Positions 30,378 to 40,122 of a stretch of 64,000 bases of DNA are shown here, in pieces. Source of the stretch: a virus. Location of the stretch: positions 21,137 to 85,136 of the IMG/VR virus record IMGVR_UViG_3300029309_000010; one strand, given 5' to 3'. The notes under the pieces are model-generated. The model searched no databases. It saw only the letters and a program-made list of their open reading frames with translations, and had not been told where the DNA came from. Every line of letters begins with the position of its first letter. Within the stretch, counting starts at the first letter, position 1. The position numbers were made by a program, and so were the translations under genes.

Positions 30378-32333
30378 TTACACAGAAATTTGAGTTGAAT
30401 GATATAAAATTGCAGAAGATAGATCATCTAGTTGATGTTGACACCCTAGCTCAAGAACTTTGGAGTGAACTCCAAGCTCAGTAATTTTATCTAAATCACC
30501 TACAATCTCAGCTAAAGCTGGCTCCCATTCATCTTTTTCTTTTGCTATAACAATTGATTCACAAACTTTTGTAACCATCTCTTTTTTCTGCTTGGACATT
30601 CTTTTAAGTCCAAACTTAGAAGCAAATTCTCTAAATGCTAAAAGCTCGAATTCACCTAGCATCTTGGTAGCCTCTACAATATTTTTCTTAGAGTAGGATG
30701 AGTTAGAGACTCCTATTGGCCTACCACCAGATGGCGATACAGGCTGATCTTGTTTTGGCTCTGGCGCATCATCATTTGCTTCGTTATAAAGGTTGATAGT
30801 ATTAACTAAGGGCATGTAATGACCTTTTTCTCTATCATCTACAAATTTTGTTTGTGCTGCATCCATGTCCTTAGACTCTGGGAACACGCCTGTATGAACG
30901 ACCTGCATACCTTGCTCTGGAGTCAACACACCAAGCTCCATGAGCCTTGTGGCGAGCTTAGAAAGGTTGTTGTCATCCATTGTGTCAGTTTTAGCAAACC
31001 TAGCTTCAGGAAAGTTTCTAAGGCCAGCAGCCTTACAAACTCTTCTTATCTCTGGATTGATAAAATCATTTAAGAACGCTCTACGAGATTCTTCTAAACG
31101 CTGAAAGAAAACTTTCATTTTAATTTGCGTATCAGAATATTTAGAGTCTCCAATAAGAACATTCTGCAAGCCCTCTTCGATATCTTTGTTAATTACAGCA
31201 TACTTTTCAGGTCCAACAACCTTACGGATATCTGGAATGATAAAATCAGCTTTTGTTGTATAGTCAGATACAAGAACTCGACCCACACTTTGATTTTTAA
31301 ATATTTGCTGCATTGCTGCCAAGTTCCTGTGGTTTACCCCACCCTTGTCTGGTTCGTTGCCCATAGTCACAAGCAACACAACATTTTCAATGGATCTGCT
31401 AATAGCCTGATCAATATTTTTAAGCTCTATCTTTCTGTTAAGGTCATCAAGGACAGAGTATCCAACTGGTATTGCTAAAGGCTCATAGTCTTGTTTCTTA
31501 GAGAATATTACATGAAGTAACTGTGGATCTAATTTTATTTGAATCCTAGTCATAGAATAGGAGTTCTTACCTGATTGTAGGGCCACTTGAATGTCTGGAG
31601 GCAATGACTCAAACATTTCTTGTTCATGCTCTGTCTCTGGCTTCTGTAGCCTAGAAATCTCAAATGGAGTTAAGACCTTGAAATACTCATAACCACTAAA
31701 CGATACAGACCCTTTTGTAGCAATGTCGGTGGGATTAATCAGTAGGTATCTGATTGGTATTTCTTTTCTGACACTAGCCCCGTAAGCCTCTAACATTTTT
31801 TGTGAGTTCTTCAGTGGGATCTTCCCGTCCATCCTGTAAAAGAAAACATTGCCAGACCTGTAATACTCTCTAAAGTATTGTTCTTTTAAGTTGTGTATTC
31901 TGATTCTTTTGAACCAAGCATCAATAAACCTTCTTGATTTGTCATTACCGCCCTCAAGATAAATTTCAGAATCTGCGAACTCAGAGAGAAGATCTACAGT
32001 CCCTCTAAAAGATGAAATATTAAAGTAAGCTTTCTGACAAAGTTCTACCGCTTCTTTAGCATCGGCAGAATCTTTTTCATAATTAAACGGCAGGATTCCA
32101 TTTTTAATATTTTCAAACTTATTCCCTAACCCATTAACTGCTACAGAGTTTGTTCTTGCTTGAGTCCTAGATGTAGGCCCATCTAATCTTGAAGCTTTGC
32201 TAGAGCTAAATATAGGCTCACCTATGAGTTCTGGGATGAATTCATCCTCTTGATTTAAAAGTCCTTCAATTGGAGATTCTTTCTTGTTGAACTTTTCCCA
32301 GTATTCTGATCTTTTGGTATATTTGCGAGCCAT
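30378..32333 (-). CDS. Portal protein
   Basis: Lies between terminase and protease; 'FREYYRSGNVFFY' and a C-terminal GGRP. Start MARKY follows GTGTAA-N8. Confidence 0.8.
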   Translation of the reverse strand: MARKYTKRSEYWEKFNKKESPIEGLLNQEDEFIPELIGEPIFSSSKASRLDGPTSRTQARTNSVAVNGLGNKFENIKNGILPFNYEKDSADAKEAVELCQKAYFNISSFRGTVDLLSEFADSEIYLEGGNDKSRRFIDAWFKRIRIHNLKEQYFREYYRSGNVFFYRMDGKIPLKNSQKMLEAYGASVRKEIPIRYLLINPTDIATKGSVSFSGYEYFKVLTPFEISRLQKPETEHEQEMFESLPPDIQVALQSGKNSYSMTRIQIKLDPQLLHVIFSKKQDYEPLAIPVGYSVLDDLNRKIELKNIDQAISRSIENVVLLVTMGNEPDKGGVNHRNLAAMQQIFKNQSVGRVLVSDYTTKADFIIPDIRKVVGPEKYAVINKDIEEGLQNVLIGDSKYSDTQIKMKVFFQRLEESRRAFLNDFINPEIRRVCKAAGLRNFPEARFAKTDTMDDNNLSKLATRLMELGVLTPEQGMQVVHTGVFPESKDMDAAQTKFVDDREKGHYMPLVNTINLYNEANDDAPEPKQDQPVSPSGGRPIGVSNSSYSKKNIVEATKMLGEFELLAFREFASKFGLKRMSKQKKEMVTKVCESIVIAKEKDEWEPALAEIVGDLDKITELGVHSKVLELGCQHQLDDLSSAILYHSTQISV

Positions 32334-32376
32334 ATCAAAGTTTACACTAAAGTTATAAAAGTAACTTTTAAACTTT

Positions 32377-34269
32377 TCAAATCGCAAATGGAATAAATGT
32401 TCCTTGAGGTTTTTCTTCTACCGAGGCGTTTTCTGAATCAAAAAATACTTTCGCATACCAATTGCCTAAAACCAAAGCAGAATAAGAGTCTTTTCTAGCT
32501 CTATTAGGCCCTTTCTGTCTTCTGAGATTTTGAGGCAAGTTAAATGACTGAGACCCCTGTGGGTTAGCTATGACTTCAATGTTGGCACATTCTGACTTTG
32601 TAAGTTCAACAACATACTTTTGATGGTCAAGCAGGTCTATCATCATTGCACCTTTAGAAGCTTTGGGCGCTTTTATGTCCCATTTTAATTTATCAATAGG
32701 TATATTCTTTTTTCTCTGCTCATCAAAGTGAGAGTCTATCGCTCTAGAGGCAAATAATATTCTTCTATGGTCTATCGCTGCTTGTAACATCTCATTAGCG
32801 TTTCTAATCCAGTTGGATGTAGGTTTTCTGAGTATGCAGTAATTTTTTTCTCTTACGTTATATTGATTCTTAAATGAGATAACATCTGAGTTCCAGTTTT
32901 CTGGTTTTTCTAAATCAGCCTCTATAACCCCTATCTTAACACTTTTGGATTTAAATAGTGCGCTTTCGTTACAGGAGTTTATAAACTGGACTCCTCCATT
33001 ATAGTCACCGCATATACCAACAATATTAAAATGTTCTATTAGATATAGGAAATACTCCATGTGGTGCTTTAGAGAAACACCAGCTATAGCATAGCTGTGA
33101 ACTAAGCAGATCTTTTGAGTGTCTCTGTCTAACTTGAAAACGTGCATCGCAAAATGATCAGCACTTGTGTTACCCGCCCAGTTGGGGTCAAACGATAACA
33201 AATATTCATCACTAGGATTACCCACCACCTCCACTGCTGGAAGTTCCCCATCAGGTATCGTGCAAGCCGCCATCTTTGATAATCTAAAGTAGCCATCACT
33301 TTCATCAATAAATTGTGCTCCAAACTCACGCTTGAACTGCATCTCGCTCATTGTAGCCTTCGCCTGTTTAAGCAGGTTTTGATCATACAATCTTGGCGGG
33401 GCGCAGTCGTAACTAAGCTGCATTATTAGTCTATAAGCATCATCTTTAAATGAGTCCTCCTCTTCACCTTCTTTTACAGATAATCCATGAATTAAGTCCT
33501 CATATTTTTTATATAACTTATACATATACTCAAACTTAAATGATGGAGATGAAAGAATTATTAACTTGTTGTTAGGCCAAATATACCGATCATCTTCTGT
33601 CATCTCGCCTTTGTCGATTAATTTGGATTCTAAATTATACAACTCTTCCCTTTCGATAGGATTCTCTACCACACCAAGGAAAGGTATGATAACTTCATTG
33701 AAAATCTTTTCAGGGATTGTCAAAAACTCATCCAAGACAATTCTGTTGAATCGAAATCCACGCAACCTCTCACCGTTAGCTAACGGCAGAGCTATCGCTC
33801 TAGCTTTGCCTAAAGTTAATGTCCATTGGTCAGTTCCCTTCTGTATTTTAAATCCACACTCTTTAATTAGGCTGGCTTCGGGTTTGCTAACAATATCCTC
33901 CATCTTTTGGAAGATTTGCTTTGATTGCCTAAAGCTACCTGCAATAACACCTATATTTGAATTAGGATTGAGTAGACACTCCAGTAGGACATAGATCGCG
34001 GTAGAGAACGTCTTAGACATACCACGCGAGAAAACGAACATGGAATAGTCTGACACCATCATGCCCTTGATAGCCATCGCTTGAAATGGGAATAGCTTAA
34101 CTCCTAAGAATAGCTCAGAAGTAAATGCTATGTTGTTGCGTAAGAATTTGTATAGCAAATACTTCGCTTCTTCTTCTTTGATACCGCCATCAATCTCTTT
34201 TAGAAAATTGTTAAGCTCTTGAGAAGAATGCTCAAGACGATATCCTTGTTTTCCTTTTGTCCAAGACAT
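32377..34269 (-). CDS. terL: Terminase large subunit
   Basis: 'LFPFQ', Walker A SRGMSKT, 'LRGFRFNRIVLDEF' Walker B, 'FKREFGAQF' and C-terminal RKDSYSAL. Confidence 0.9.
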   Translation of the reverse strand: MSWTKGKQGYRLEHSSQELNNFLKEIDGGIKEEEAKYLLYKFLRNNIAFTSELFLGVKLFPFQAMAIKGMMVSDYSMFVFSRGMSKTFSTAIYVLLECLLNPNSNIGVIAGSFRQSKQIFQKMEDIVSKPEASLIKECGFKIQKGTDQWTLTLGKARAIALPLANGERLRGFRFNRIVLDEFLTIPEKIFNEVIIPFLGVVENPIEREELYNLESKLIDKGEMTEDDRYIWPNNKLIILSSPSFKFEYMYKLYKKYEDLIHGLSVKEGEEEDSFKDDAYRLIMQLSYDCAPPRLYDQNLLKQAKATMSEMQFKREFGAQFIDESDGYFRLSKMAACTIPDGELPAVEVVGNPSDEYLLSFDPNWAGNTSADHFAMHVFKLDRDTQKICLVHSYAIAGVSLKHHMEYFLYLIEHFNIVGICGDYNGGVQFINSCNESALFKSKSVKIGVIEADLEKPENWNSDVISFKNQYNVREKNYCILRKPTSNWIRNANEMLQAAIDHRRILFASRAIDSHFDEQRKKNIPIDKLKWDIKAPKASKGAMMIDLLDHQKYVVELTKSECANIEVIANPQGSQSFNLPQNLRRQKGPNRARKDSYSALVLGNWYAKVFFDSENASVEEKPQGTFIPFAI

Positions 34270-35182
34270 TTATTCTATCGTTTATAAAAAATTGTAAATC
34301 AACATCCCATAGCTTATCGCCATGATATAAGATTCGCGGTATAATCTTCTTCGCGCCCGATCTATTGTGCGCAAATATGATTTGTATGTTTTTGGGGTAG
34401 TCTATAATTAAGCTTCTTATGTTGTGCCATAGATAACCAAGATTAGACTTAAACTTGGAAGTCTTATTGTCTGTTTCTAGTTTGTCTATGGTTGTTTCTG
34501 CTACAACAAACATATATGACCCAAATTGAACACAACGATCCATCTCTCTCCTAAACCTCTCGATGTCCTTGCCAAAGGTTTGCCTAAAGTCATCCTGTGA
34601 CTTGCGGTCAACAAATGTTTTTGTATATAGGTCACCTCTGGCTGTATAATCGCCAAAGTCTAACTTATTGGTAACAGAGTCCTTAAACTTGAGGGGAGCC
34701 TTCTCTCTAGTGTCTGTAAACAGAGGAATGGTAGAATAATCATACTTCCAGAAATCTTTTGGTAGATTTGACTTAAAGTAATTCTCTACTCCAATGTCAT
34801 CCAAGAAACTAGAATAAGAACCCCAAATCTTCTTGTAGTCTGCTATGTTAGCCATATTGCACAAATCATAATAAAGGTTCGGGGGCGATACCTTTATTTC
34901 TTTTAGCTCAAACTTTTCTTGCGCTTTCGCTTGTATGTATGTTTTGACATCCTCTCTTGGAGACTCGTCAATCCAGAGCTTAAAATTACGGTGACTATTA
35001 AAGTCATCCCTAAAATACCTATCATAAGATTTGAAAGCAAGTTTTTCACCAGTGTATAAATCCTCCTTGTTATAATGCTTAACATAGTAATCACCTATGG
35101 TAAGCGTGTGAGCTTTTAGGTGCGCGTGGAAACTACGCTTGTTATCAAACTGTTTACCACATTCTAAACAAGTAAACTCCAT
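34232..35182 (-). CDS. C2H2 zinc-finger + ERCC4/XPF-like nuclease
   Basis: N-terminal CLECGKQF...HLKAH; 'DTREK', 'LDFGDY' and 'VDRKS.DDF' form an ERCC4 motif. Confidence 0.75.
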   Translation of the reverse strand: MEFTCLECGKQFDNKRSFHAHLKAHTLTIGDYYVKHYNKEDLYTGEKLAFKSYDRYFRDDFNSHRNFKLWIDESPREDVKTYIQAKAQEKFELKEIKVSPPNLYYDLCNMANIADYKKIWGSYSSFLDDIGVENYFKSNLPKDFWKYDYSTIPLFTDTREKAPLKFKDSVTNKLDFGDYTARGDLYTKTFVDRKSQDDFRQTFGKDIERFRREMDRCVQFGSYMFVVAETTIDKLETDNKTSKFKSNLGYLWHNIRSLIIDYPKNIQIIFAHNRSGAKKIIPRILYHGDKLWDVDLQFFINDRINVLDKRKTRISS

Positions 35183-36243
35183 TACAGCATCTCCTTTTTA
35201 GATATTCCCAAAATACGAGCTTTGTATTCGTCCATAGACTCAAGACGGTCAGCTTCTTCCTCGATCAGCTTGTTCTGCATCTCTGCCATCATAATCATGC
35301 GATCACGCTCTTCCTTCTCTTGGAATGCTTCAACTAACGCAGCGATACTCCCGTTCTGCTCTCCTCTTGCCTTTAAACGCGCCTGACGGCTTCCGTTGAG
35401 GTCTTTAGTCAAAGATTCGATTCTCTTCTCACATTGGTTCAGCTCCTCACTGGTGACCTTTATAAGCTCAGTAAGACGCAATGTCATATCACGCTCATTA
35501 TCAGTGTCGTTGAGCATTGTGTTCAGTCTGTCTATTCTTTGTTGAATATGTTTCTGTCTAACATAGTTTGTGCAGACAGTAATATACAAATTTAACTCAT
35601 CATTAGTCAAATCAGGCTTATCCCAGATTGTTCTGACAAATTCACTCTCAAATAAGTCTCTGTCAGCTATTATTGAGTATTGATTTATAAAATGCACGAA
35701 CCTCGGACTCTTCAGGTAGAAGAGCAACTTCTCACACATCTTTTTTTGTTTTGTTTGTATTGTTATTTCATCGAAGGTTTGACCAGCCCAGTCATTTACC
35801 TTCTTAATAGCTCTAGAAAGCGATTTGGGAGGCGACCACTTGTCGTTGGTTATCATCTCATTGTCATCGACTATCTCGGGTCTGTATCGACGTAGGAACT
35901 CCATTACGGTCCTATGCTGTTGAGTAAGAGGTTGTATATCTCTGTCTTTAAATGTTAGCCTCGTAATCTCTAGAGCATTCATGCCTCGCTCTACGTTGTT
36001 ACCCATCAAAAATTGTTTCTGTTCGGGTGTTAGATCAATTTCTTCGACTCTAGCTACTAAAGTAGTAGTAAAATCTAAATTATTTTTAATTAAAAACGCT
36101 CTAACAGCTCTTCCTTCTTTAGATCTGCCGTCTAACGACGAATTTTTAAACACAGTTTGCGTAATGTGCTTCAAATCTGGATTTTTATCGAACTCATCGG
36201 CGATTTGCTCCTTCTGATCCTCTGTTAACTCAAAATCACTCAT
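35182..36243 (-). CDS. Hypothetical coiled-coil protein (possible small terminase)
   Basis: 353 aa, two genes upstream of terL; function inferred from position only. Confidence 0.4.
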   Translation of the reverse strand: MSDFELTEDQKEQIADEFDKNPDLKHITQTVFKNSSLDGRSKEGRAVRAFLIKNNLDFTTTLVARVEEIDLTPEQKQFLMGNNVERGMNALEITRLTFKDRDIQPLTQQHRTVMEFLRRYRPEIVDDNEMITNDKWSPPKSLSRAIKKVNDWAGQTFDEITIQTKQKKMCEKLLFYLKSPRFVHFINQYSIIADRDLFESEFVRTIWDKPDLTNDELNLYITVCTNYVRQKHIQQRIDRLNTMLNDTDNERDMTLRLTELIKVTSEELNQCEKRIESLTKDLNGSRQARLKARGEQNGSIAALVEAFQEKEERDRMIMMAEMQNKLIEEEADRLESMDEYKARILGISKKEML

Positions 36244-36920
36244 AATATATCGTTATCCTTCATTATCTTAAGGGCGATTATATAAAATTTCTTTTTTAAA
36301 TTCGCCATTTGTTTATATCTTGGTTTTTTTCTCTTGGAAGAGTCGGCTTTGAACCCAAATTTCTTTGCAACATCATTCTCATCAATGTTTTCGATGTATA
36401 ACATAAAATATATCTTCTTGTGCTTTTCACTTAACTGATCCATAACAAGATTATGCAACTTCATCGAAGAACCCTTATAATCTACAAAATCCTTTATTGT
36501 AGCAGTCCCCGTCGATACTCCTTCCTCTAAAGCAAGTGGTAACTTCAAATTGTAAGCTTTTTCTTTTTTCTTCTTCCACTTAGCGAATTCTGCACAAGTT
36601 TCATCTTGTTCCTCACTTTTTGTATAATCACAAAATGTTGCCCCCATATTATGAGGACATCTCAAACAAGGCTTGGCGAAACTAGAATAATTATTACGAA
36701 TCAGATTCTTTATCTGATTTGATATAATCATCGAAGCCCAAGGCTTGAATGGTCGAGACTGATCCCAAAGGTGCCACTTCTTAAATATATGTAAGCGTAT
36801 TATTTGACAGACATCATCATAGTCCATCCACGCCAAGGCGCTTAATTGCCACTTAGGTCTATATTTTTTTAGAAGTTCTTCTAGATCATCACGTTGACTG
36901 TCAAAATTATGACTCATCAA
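36240..36920 (-). CDS. ECF-like RNA polymerase sigma factor
   Basis: Region 2-like 'DYDDVCQIIRLHIFKKWHLWDQSRPFKPWASMIISNQIKNLIR' and region 4-like 'LSEKHKKIY...DVAKKFG', with a Cys-rich insert. Confidence 0.7.
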   Translation of the reverse strand: MMSHNFDSQRDDLEELLKKYRPKWQLSALAWMDYDDVCQIIRLHIFKKWHLWDQSRPFKPWASMIISNQIKNLIRNNYSSFAKPCLRCPHNMGATFCDYTKSEEQDETCAEFAKWKKKKEKAYNLKLPLALEEGVSTGTATIKDFVDYKGSSMKLHNLVMDQLSEKHKKIYFMLYIENIDENDVAKKFGFKADSSKRKKPRYKQMANLKKKFYIIALKIMKDNDIL

Positions 36921-37272
36921 TATCTCTCATACGAGATGAGGCACAATCCTGAATAGTTTTGTCTAACAGAGCTTGACCATCTGGATCTTTAGATGCTGGT
37001 CGCTTATAATCACCTCTAGGCATATTTGCCTCTGAAGAAGTAACGGAACTCCAAAGTTGTCCTAAATTAGTTTTCTGAGTGGACACTTCTGCCACAATCC
37101 CCCTCTTCAACTTATTTAAATCTAAATCCAACTCATTTTCCTCTTCAGGCTCTTGTTTTTTGGAAGAGGTCGATAATGAAGCTATGCCTTGCCCACAACT
37201 TGAGCAAAATTTTGGCTTCGTGACCTCATACAAGATTTTAAATCCACATGATACACAAAAAAGTTTGTTCAT
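36907..37272 (-). CDS. Zinc-ribbon protein
   Basis: FCVSCG...KFCSSCG. Confidence 0.7.
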   Translation of the reverse strand: MNKLFCVSCGFKILYEVTKPKFCSSCGQGIASLSTSSKKQEPEEENELDLDLNKLKRGIVAEVSTQKTNLGQLWSSVTSSEANMPRGDYKRPASKDPDGQALLDKTIQDCASSRMRDIDES

Positions 37273-37283
37273 GGCTAATTTTA

Positions 37284-37961
37284 TTAATATATATCGCTTT
37301 TTTCAATTTTATCTACTAAGTAGCTTATGATCTTATCTCTCATAACGTCATCCTTAGTAAACTTAAGATGATGAATGCCATATGAACGGCTTTCCTCATC
37401 ATCGAACACCTTGCAGAATTTACTGAACCCAGTAGAGTATATATCACTCTGCATTGTATCCCCGCATACAAACAACGTAGTATTCGTGCTGATTCGCGTT
37501 AATACTGTTGTTAGTTCTTTTACTGTCATATTTTGCGCCTCATCAACTATAACAACCTTGTTCTTCCAAGTCGCACCCCTTAGAAAGTTAATCGGGGCCG
37601 CATCTACCGCATCCCGCTGGTCTAATTGATGTCTCTCATGGTCACTTAAAAGTTCACTCAACTTATCTTCCAACGGACCAATATAAGGATTAAATTTATC
37701 ATCCATGCTTCCTTTCAGAAAACCCATCCCCTTCTCCGCACTCTCAGCCAAACTCCTTAAATATAGGATCTTAAGCAGAGTGTCCTGATTGTGTTTATAT
37801 ATTGCTGTATACACTGACAAAAATGTCTTAGCCGTCCCAGCTGGTCCACTAATAAATACTACCCGCGTATCGGGGTTCCTCATGATCTTATGGAATTGAC
37901 TCTGTTTTTCTGTAAGTTCTATATGACCTAACAAAAAAGAGTTTTTATATTTATATGACAT
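37284..37961 (-). CDS. phoH: PhoH-family ATPase
   Basis: GPAGTAKT, MGFLKG, PINFLRGAT, IVDEAQN and GDTMQSD. Confidence 0.92.
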   Translation of the reverse strand: MSYKYKNSFLLGHIELTEKQSQFHKIMRNPDTRVVFISGPAGTAKTFLSVYTAIYKHNQDTLLKILYLRSLAESAEKGMGFLKGSMDDKFNPYIGPLEDKLSELLSDHERHQLDQRDAVDAAPINFLRGATWKNKVVIVDEAQNMTVKELTTVLTRISTNTTLFVCGDTMQSDIYSTGFSKFCKVFDDEESRSYGIHHLKFTKDDVMRDKIISYLVDKIEKSDIY

Positions 37962-38120
37962 ATATGTTCTTTTTTACACGAATAACTGAATGGGTGCCTA
38001 CTTGTTTATAGAATTCGCCACCCCCCTGCGCGTTGCGCGTCAAGTCAAAAAGTCAATATTCTAAAAAAACCCTACCCTGCCTGCCCTGCAAAAAAAAATC
38101 ACTTTTTATGCGATTAGGGC

Positions 38121-38154
38121 TTGCGCTCAACAGGATCTGTAGTATAATGCTCAC
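38121..38154 (+). promoter_or_regulatory. Early sigma70-type leaderless promoter
   Basis: A-tract, then TTGCGC-16-TATAAT-6-ATG. Confidence 0.8.
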
Positions 38155-38421
38155 ATGACTAAGACAAAGACCACCTACAGAACCACCATCGACTTCCTCA
38201 ACGACTGCGACACAGTGATCTTCGAACACGAAGGTGTCGAGCACGAGGGAGAAGTCACCTTGCACGATCCTGAGATCCACGAAGATGACTGCCCAGAGGG
38301 GCACGTTTACATTCTGTTTCCTGCCATCGCAGGACAAGAAGAGTATCCCTTCGGGATGCCAGTCCACGAGGACGACATAGTCGCTAAGATCGACGAGGAC
38401 GGCGAGAGGATCGAGCTGTAG
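38155..38421 (+). CDS. Small very acidic early protein
   Basis: 88 aa, D/E-rich, with its own promoter. Confidence 0.75.
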   Translation: MTKTKTTYRTTIDFLNDCDTVIFEHEGVEHEGEVTLHDPEIHEDDCPEGHVYILFPAIAGQEEYPFGMPVHEDDIVAKIDEDGERIEL

Positions 38422-38456
38422 GCGCTAAAAAAAAAGAAAAAAAAGCGCGATTCCCC

Positions 38457-38490
38457 TTGCGCCCACGCTAAAATCAGCTATAATATCCCC
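38457..38490 (+). promoter_or_regulatory. Early leaderless promoter
   Basis: A-tract, then TTGCGC-16-TATAAT-6-ATG. Confidence 0.8.
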
Positions 38491-38739
38491 ATGACTCAGG
38501 AAGACATCATGACCCGCCCGACTGACAACTACTACGTGGTGACCGCTGCCTCACGCGCCGACTCTATGAGTCGCGTGCTGGTGGGTGGCACCGTGAACAA
38601 GCCGCTTGCCCTCGCTATCGGAGAGCAGCAGATCGCTGGGATGGTGAGCGGTTTCGCCTCCCGCGCCGAGGCACTTGAGACATACCCCGAGATGCGCGGC
38701 GACCTCATCCCTCGCCCTCTCCCTCTTCCTACCCTGTAA
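38491..38739 (+). CDS. Small early protein (FASRAEA family, paralog of 39303..39503)
   Basis: Own promoter; shared FASRAEA.E.YP motif. Confidence 0.75.
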   Translation: MTQEDIMTRPTDNYYVVTAASRADSMSRVLVGGTVNKPLALAIGEQQIAGMVSGFASRAEALETYPEMRGDLIPRPLPLPTL

Positions 38740-38757
38740 TCACTAACAAGTAATCAA

Positions 38758-39051
38758 ATGAAACTCACATTCCAATACCTCAAACAGTTCACCATCACCG
38801 CCATCGTGTTCACTCAAGCCATCTCCCTCATCATACTTGGGTTGATCTGGTGGTTCAGTGGTTCAGCAGCAGCAGTCAACTACATCAAGACGCAATACGT
38901 GGGCGACTACATGAATCAGGAGGGCCTAGTTCTCTGGCTTACAGTGTTCGCGCTTCTTGGGTCGCTCTTCTGCGCCCCCATCGCTGCCTTTTTTCACTGG
39001 CGCTCTGATCTAGCCCCAATCCCTACCCACAAAAAAAAAGTGCGTGGCTAG
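38758..39051 (+). CDS. Small membrane protein, 2 predicted TM helices
   Basis: Two hydrophobic segments and a basic tail. Confidence 0.65.
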   Translation: MKLTFQYLKQFTITAIVFTQAISLIILGLIWWFSGSAAAVNYIKTQYVGDYMNQEGLVLWLTVFALLGSLFCAPIAAFFHWRSDLAPIPTHKKKVRG

Positions 39052-39155
39052 GTAAAAAAAATCTTGACATCCGTCTGTAGGGTGTCGCTGTCATGGGAGG
39101 CCCCGTTCCCCGCTTGGGGGGCGGGGCTAACCCGTTGCCTCAAGATCACAAGTCA

Positions 39156-39230
39156 TAACTCGTTGACACTCAAGGACTTACGAGGGCGCGGCCCCCGCAA
39201 ACTCGTAACTCGTTGACGCTCAGTCAGTTA
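39156..39230. repeat. 75-bp double-palindrome element, copy 1
   Basis: TAACTCGTTGACACTCAAGGACTTA + 25-bp GC spacer + TAACTCGTTGACGCTCAGTCAGTTA. Confidence 0.95.
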
Positions 39231-39268
39231 CGAGGGTAAAAAAAAGAAATAAAAAACGCATTTAGGGC

Positions 39269-39302
39269 TTGCGGTTAGGCGCAGCTGTGCTAGTATTCCC
39301 CC
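39269..39302 (+). promoter_or_regulatory. Early leaderless promoter
   Basis: A-tract, then TTGCGG-16-TAGTAT-6-ATG with an extended TGn. Confidence 0.8.
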
Positions 39303-39503
39303 ATGACAGTAACTGAAACTACCCCTCGCCCCCGCCCGTTTTTCATGGTGATCCGCCCGAGCCGCGTTCACGCGGGCTTTTGCCTCCTCTGGTGTGGCGA
39401 GGACCGCCATGATGCCCCCTACGGCCACCCGATGGCTTTCGCTTCCCGCGCCGAGGCGGTCGAGGCGTATCCCGATTGGGAAGAGGAGATCATGACCTCC
39501 TAA
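39303..39503 (+). CDS. Small early protein (FASRAEA family)
   Basis: Own promoter; its TAA stop is the first 3 nt of element copy 2. Confidence 0.75.
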   Translation: MTVTETTPRPRPFFMVIRPSRVHAGFCLLWCGEDRHDAPYGHPMAFASRAEAVEAYPDWEEEIMTS

Positions 39504-39575
39504 GTCACTAAGCCTCAATGAGTTATGAGGCGCGGCCCCCCGCCGCCTCGTAACTCGTTGATACTCAAAGAGTTA
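39501..39575. repeat. 75-bp double-palindrome element, copy 2
   Basis: TAAGTCACTAAGCCTCAATGAGTTA + 25 bp + TAACTCGTTGATACTCAAAGAGTTA. Confidence 0.95.
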
Positions 39576-39730
39576 TGACTTAAGTTCTAAAACCGCATCT
39601 TTTACTATAGGCTGTCAAGTCAAATATTTGGCTATTTGCTATTTGTTGTTCTAACCTGCAACCTGAATTAAAAATGATTTTTTAATGAAAAAAATGTTGC
39701 GTAGTCTGCGGTTCTGGCTATACTGTGGAC

Positions 39731-39940
39731 ATGACAGTTGATCAGGCACTAGCCAAACTAATGAAAGCAGAAGCTGCACTTGAGGTTGAGCGCAATAAGC
39801 ACAACGCCCTTCGGATGGACATATCGGGAGTGCAAGGCCAGCTCAGTGTTGTTACTATGTTCTGCAAGGACGAGTCTGCTAAGTCAGACCTAAATGACTC
39901 CATCAAGAAAATCCAAACTGCATTAAACAATGATCAATAG
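39731..39940 (+). CDS. Small coiled-coil early protein
   Basis: Promoter TTGCGT(39697)-16-TATACT-6-ATG fixes the start at 39731. Confidence 0.7.
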   Translation: MTVDQALAKLMKAEAALEVERNKHNALRMDISGVQGQLSVVTMFCKDESAKSDLNDSIKKIQTALNNDQ

Positions 39941-40121
39941 AATAGACCAGATTCTCTCGAATCTCCAGTGCGCCGCCGTCGATGGTGGCTTTAGCCTGTC
40001 CGTCAAAGACGGGGAAATCGTTGCCAAGGATCTGATCTCTGAGCAGCCTCTTGAGTTTATCGTCCGCTTCACTGGGGACGACATCTCTGATGTATCAGTA
40101 AAACCACTAACAAAAAAGTAA
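39930..40121 (+). CDS. Hypothetical protein
   Basis: ORF overlapping the upstream stop. Confidence 0.6.
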   Translation: MINRIDQILSNLQCAAVDGGFSLSVKDGEIVAKDLISEQPLEFIVRFTGDDISDVSVKPLTKK

Positions 40122-40122
40122 C

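Noticed and set aside
39064-39095. TTGACA after an A-tract as another early promoter
   Set aside because: There is no TANNNT at 16-17 nt (CGCTGT instead) and no credible downstream ORF; at most a decayed promoter.
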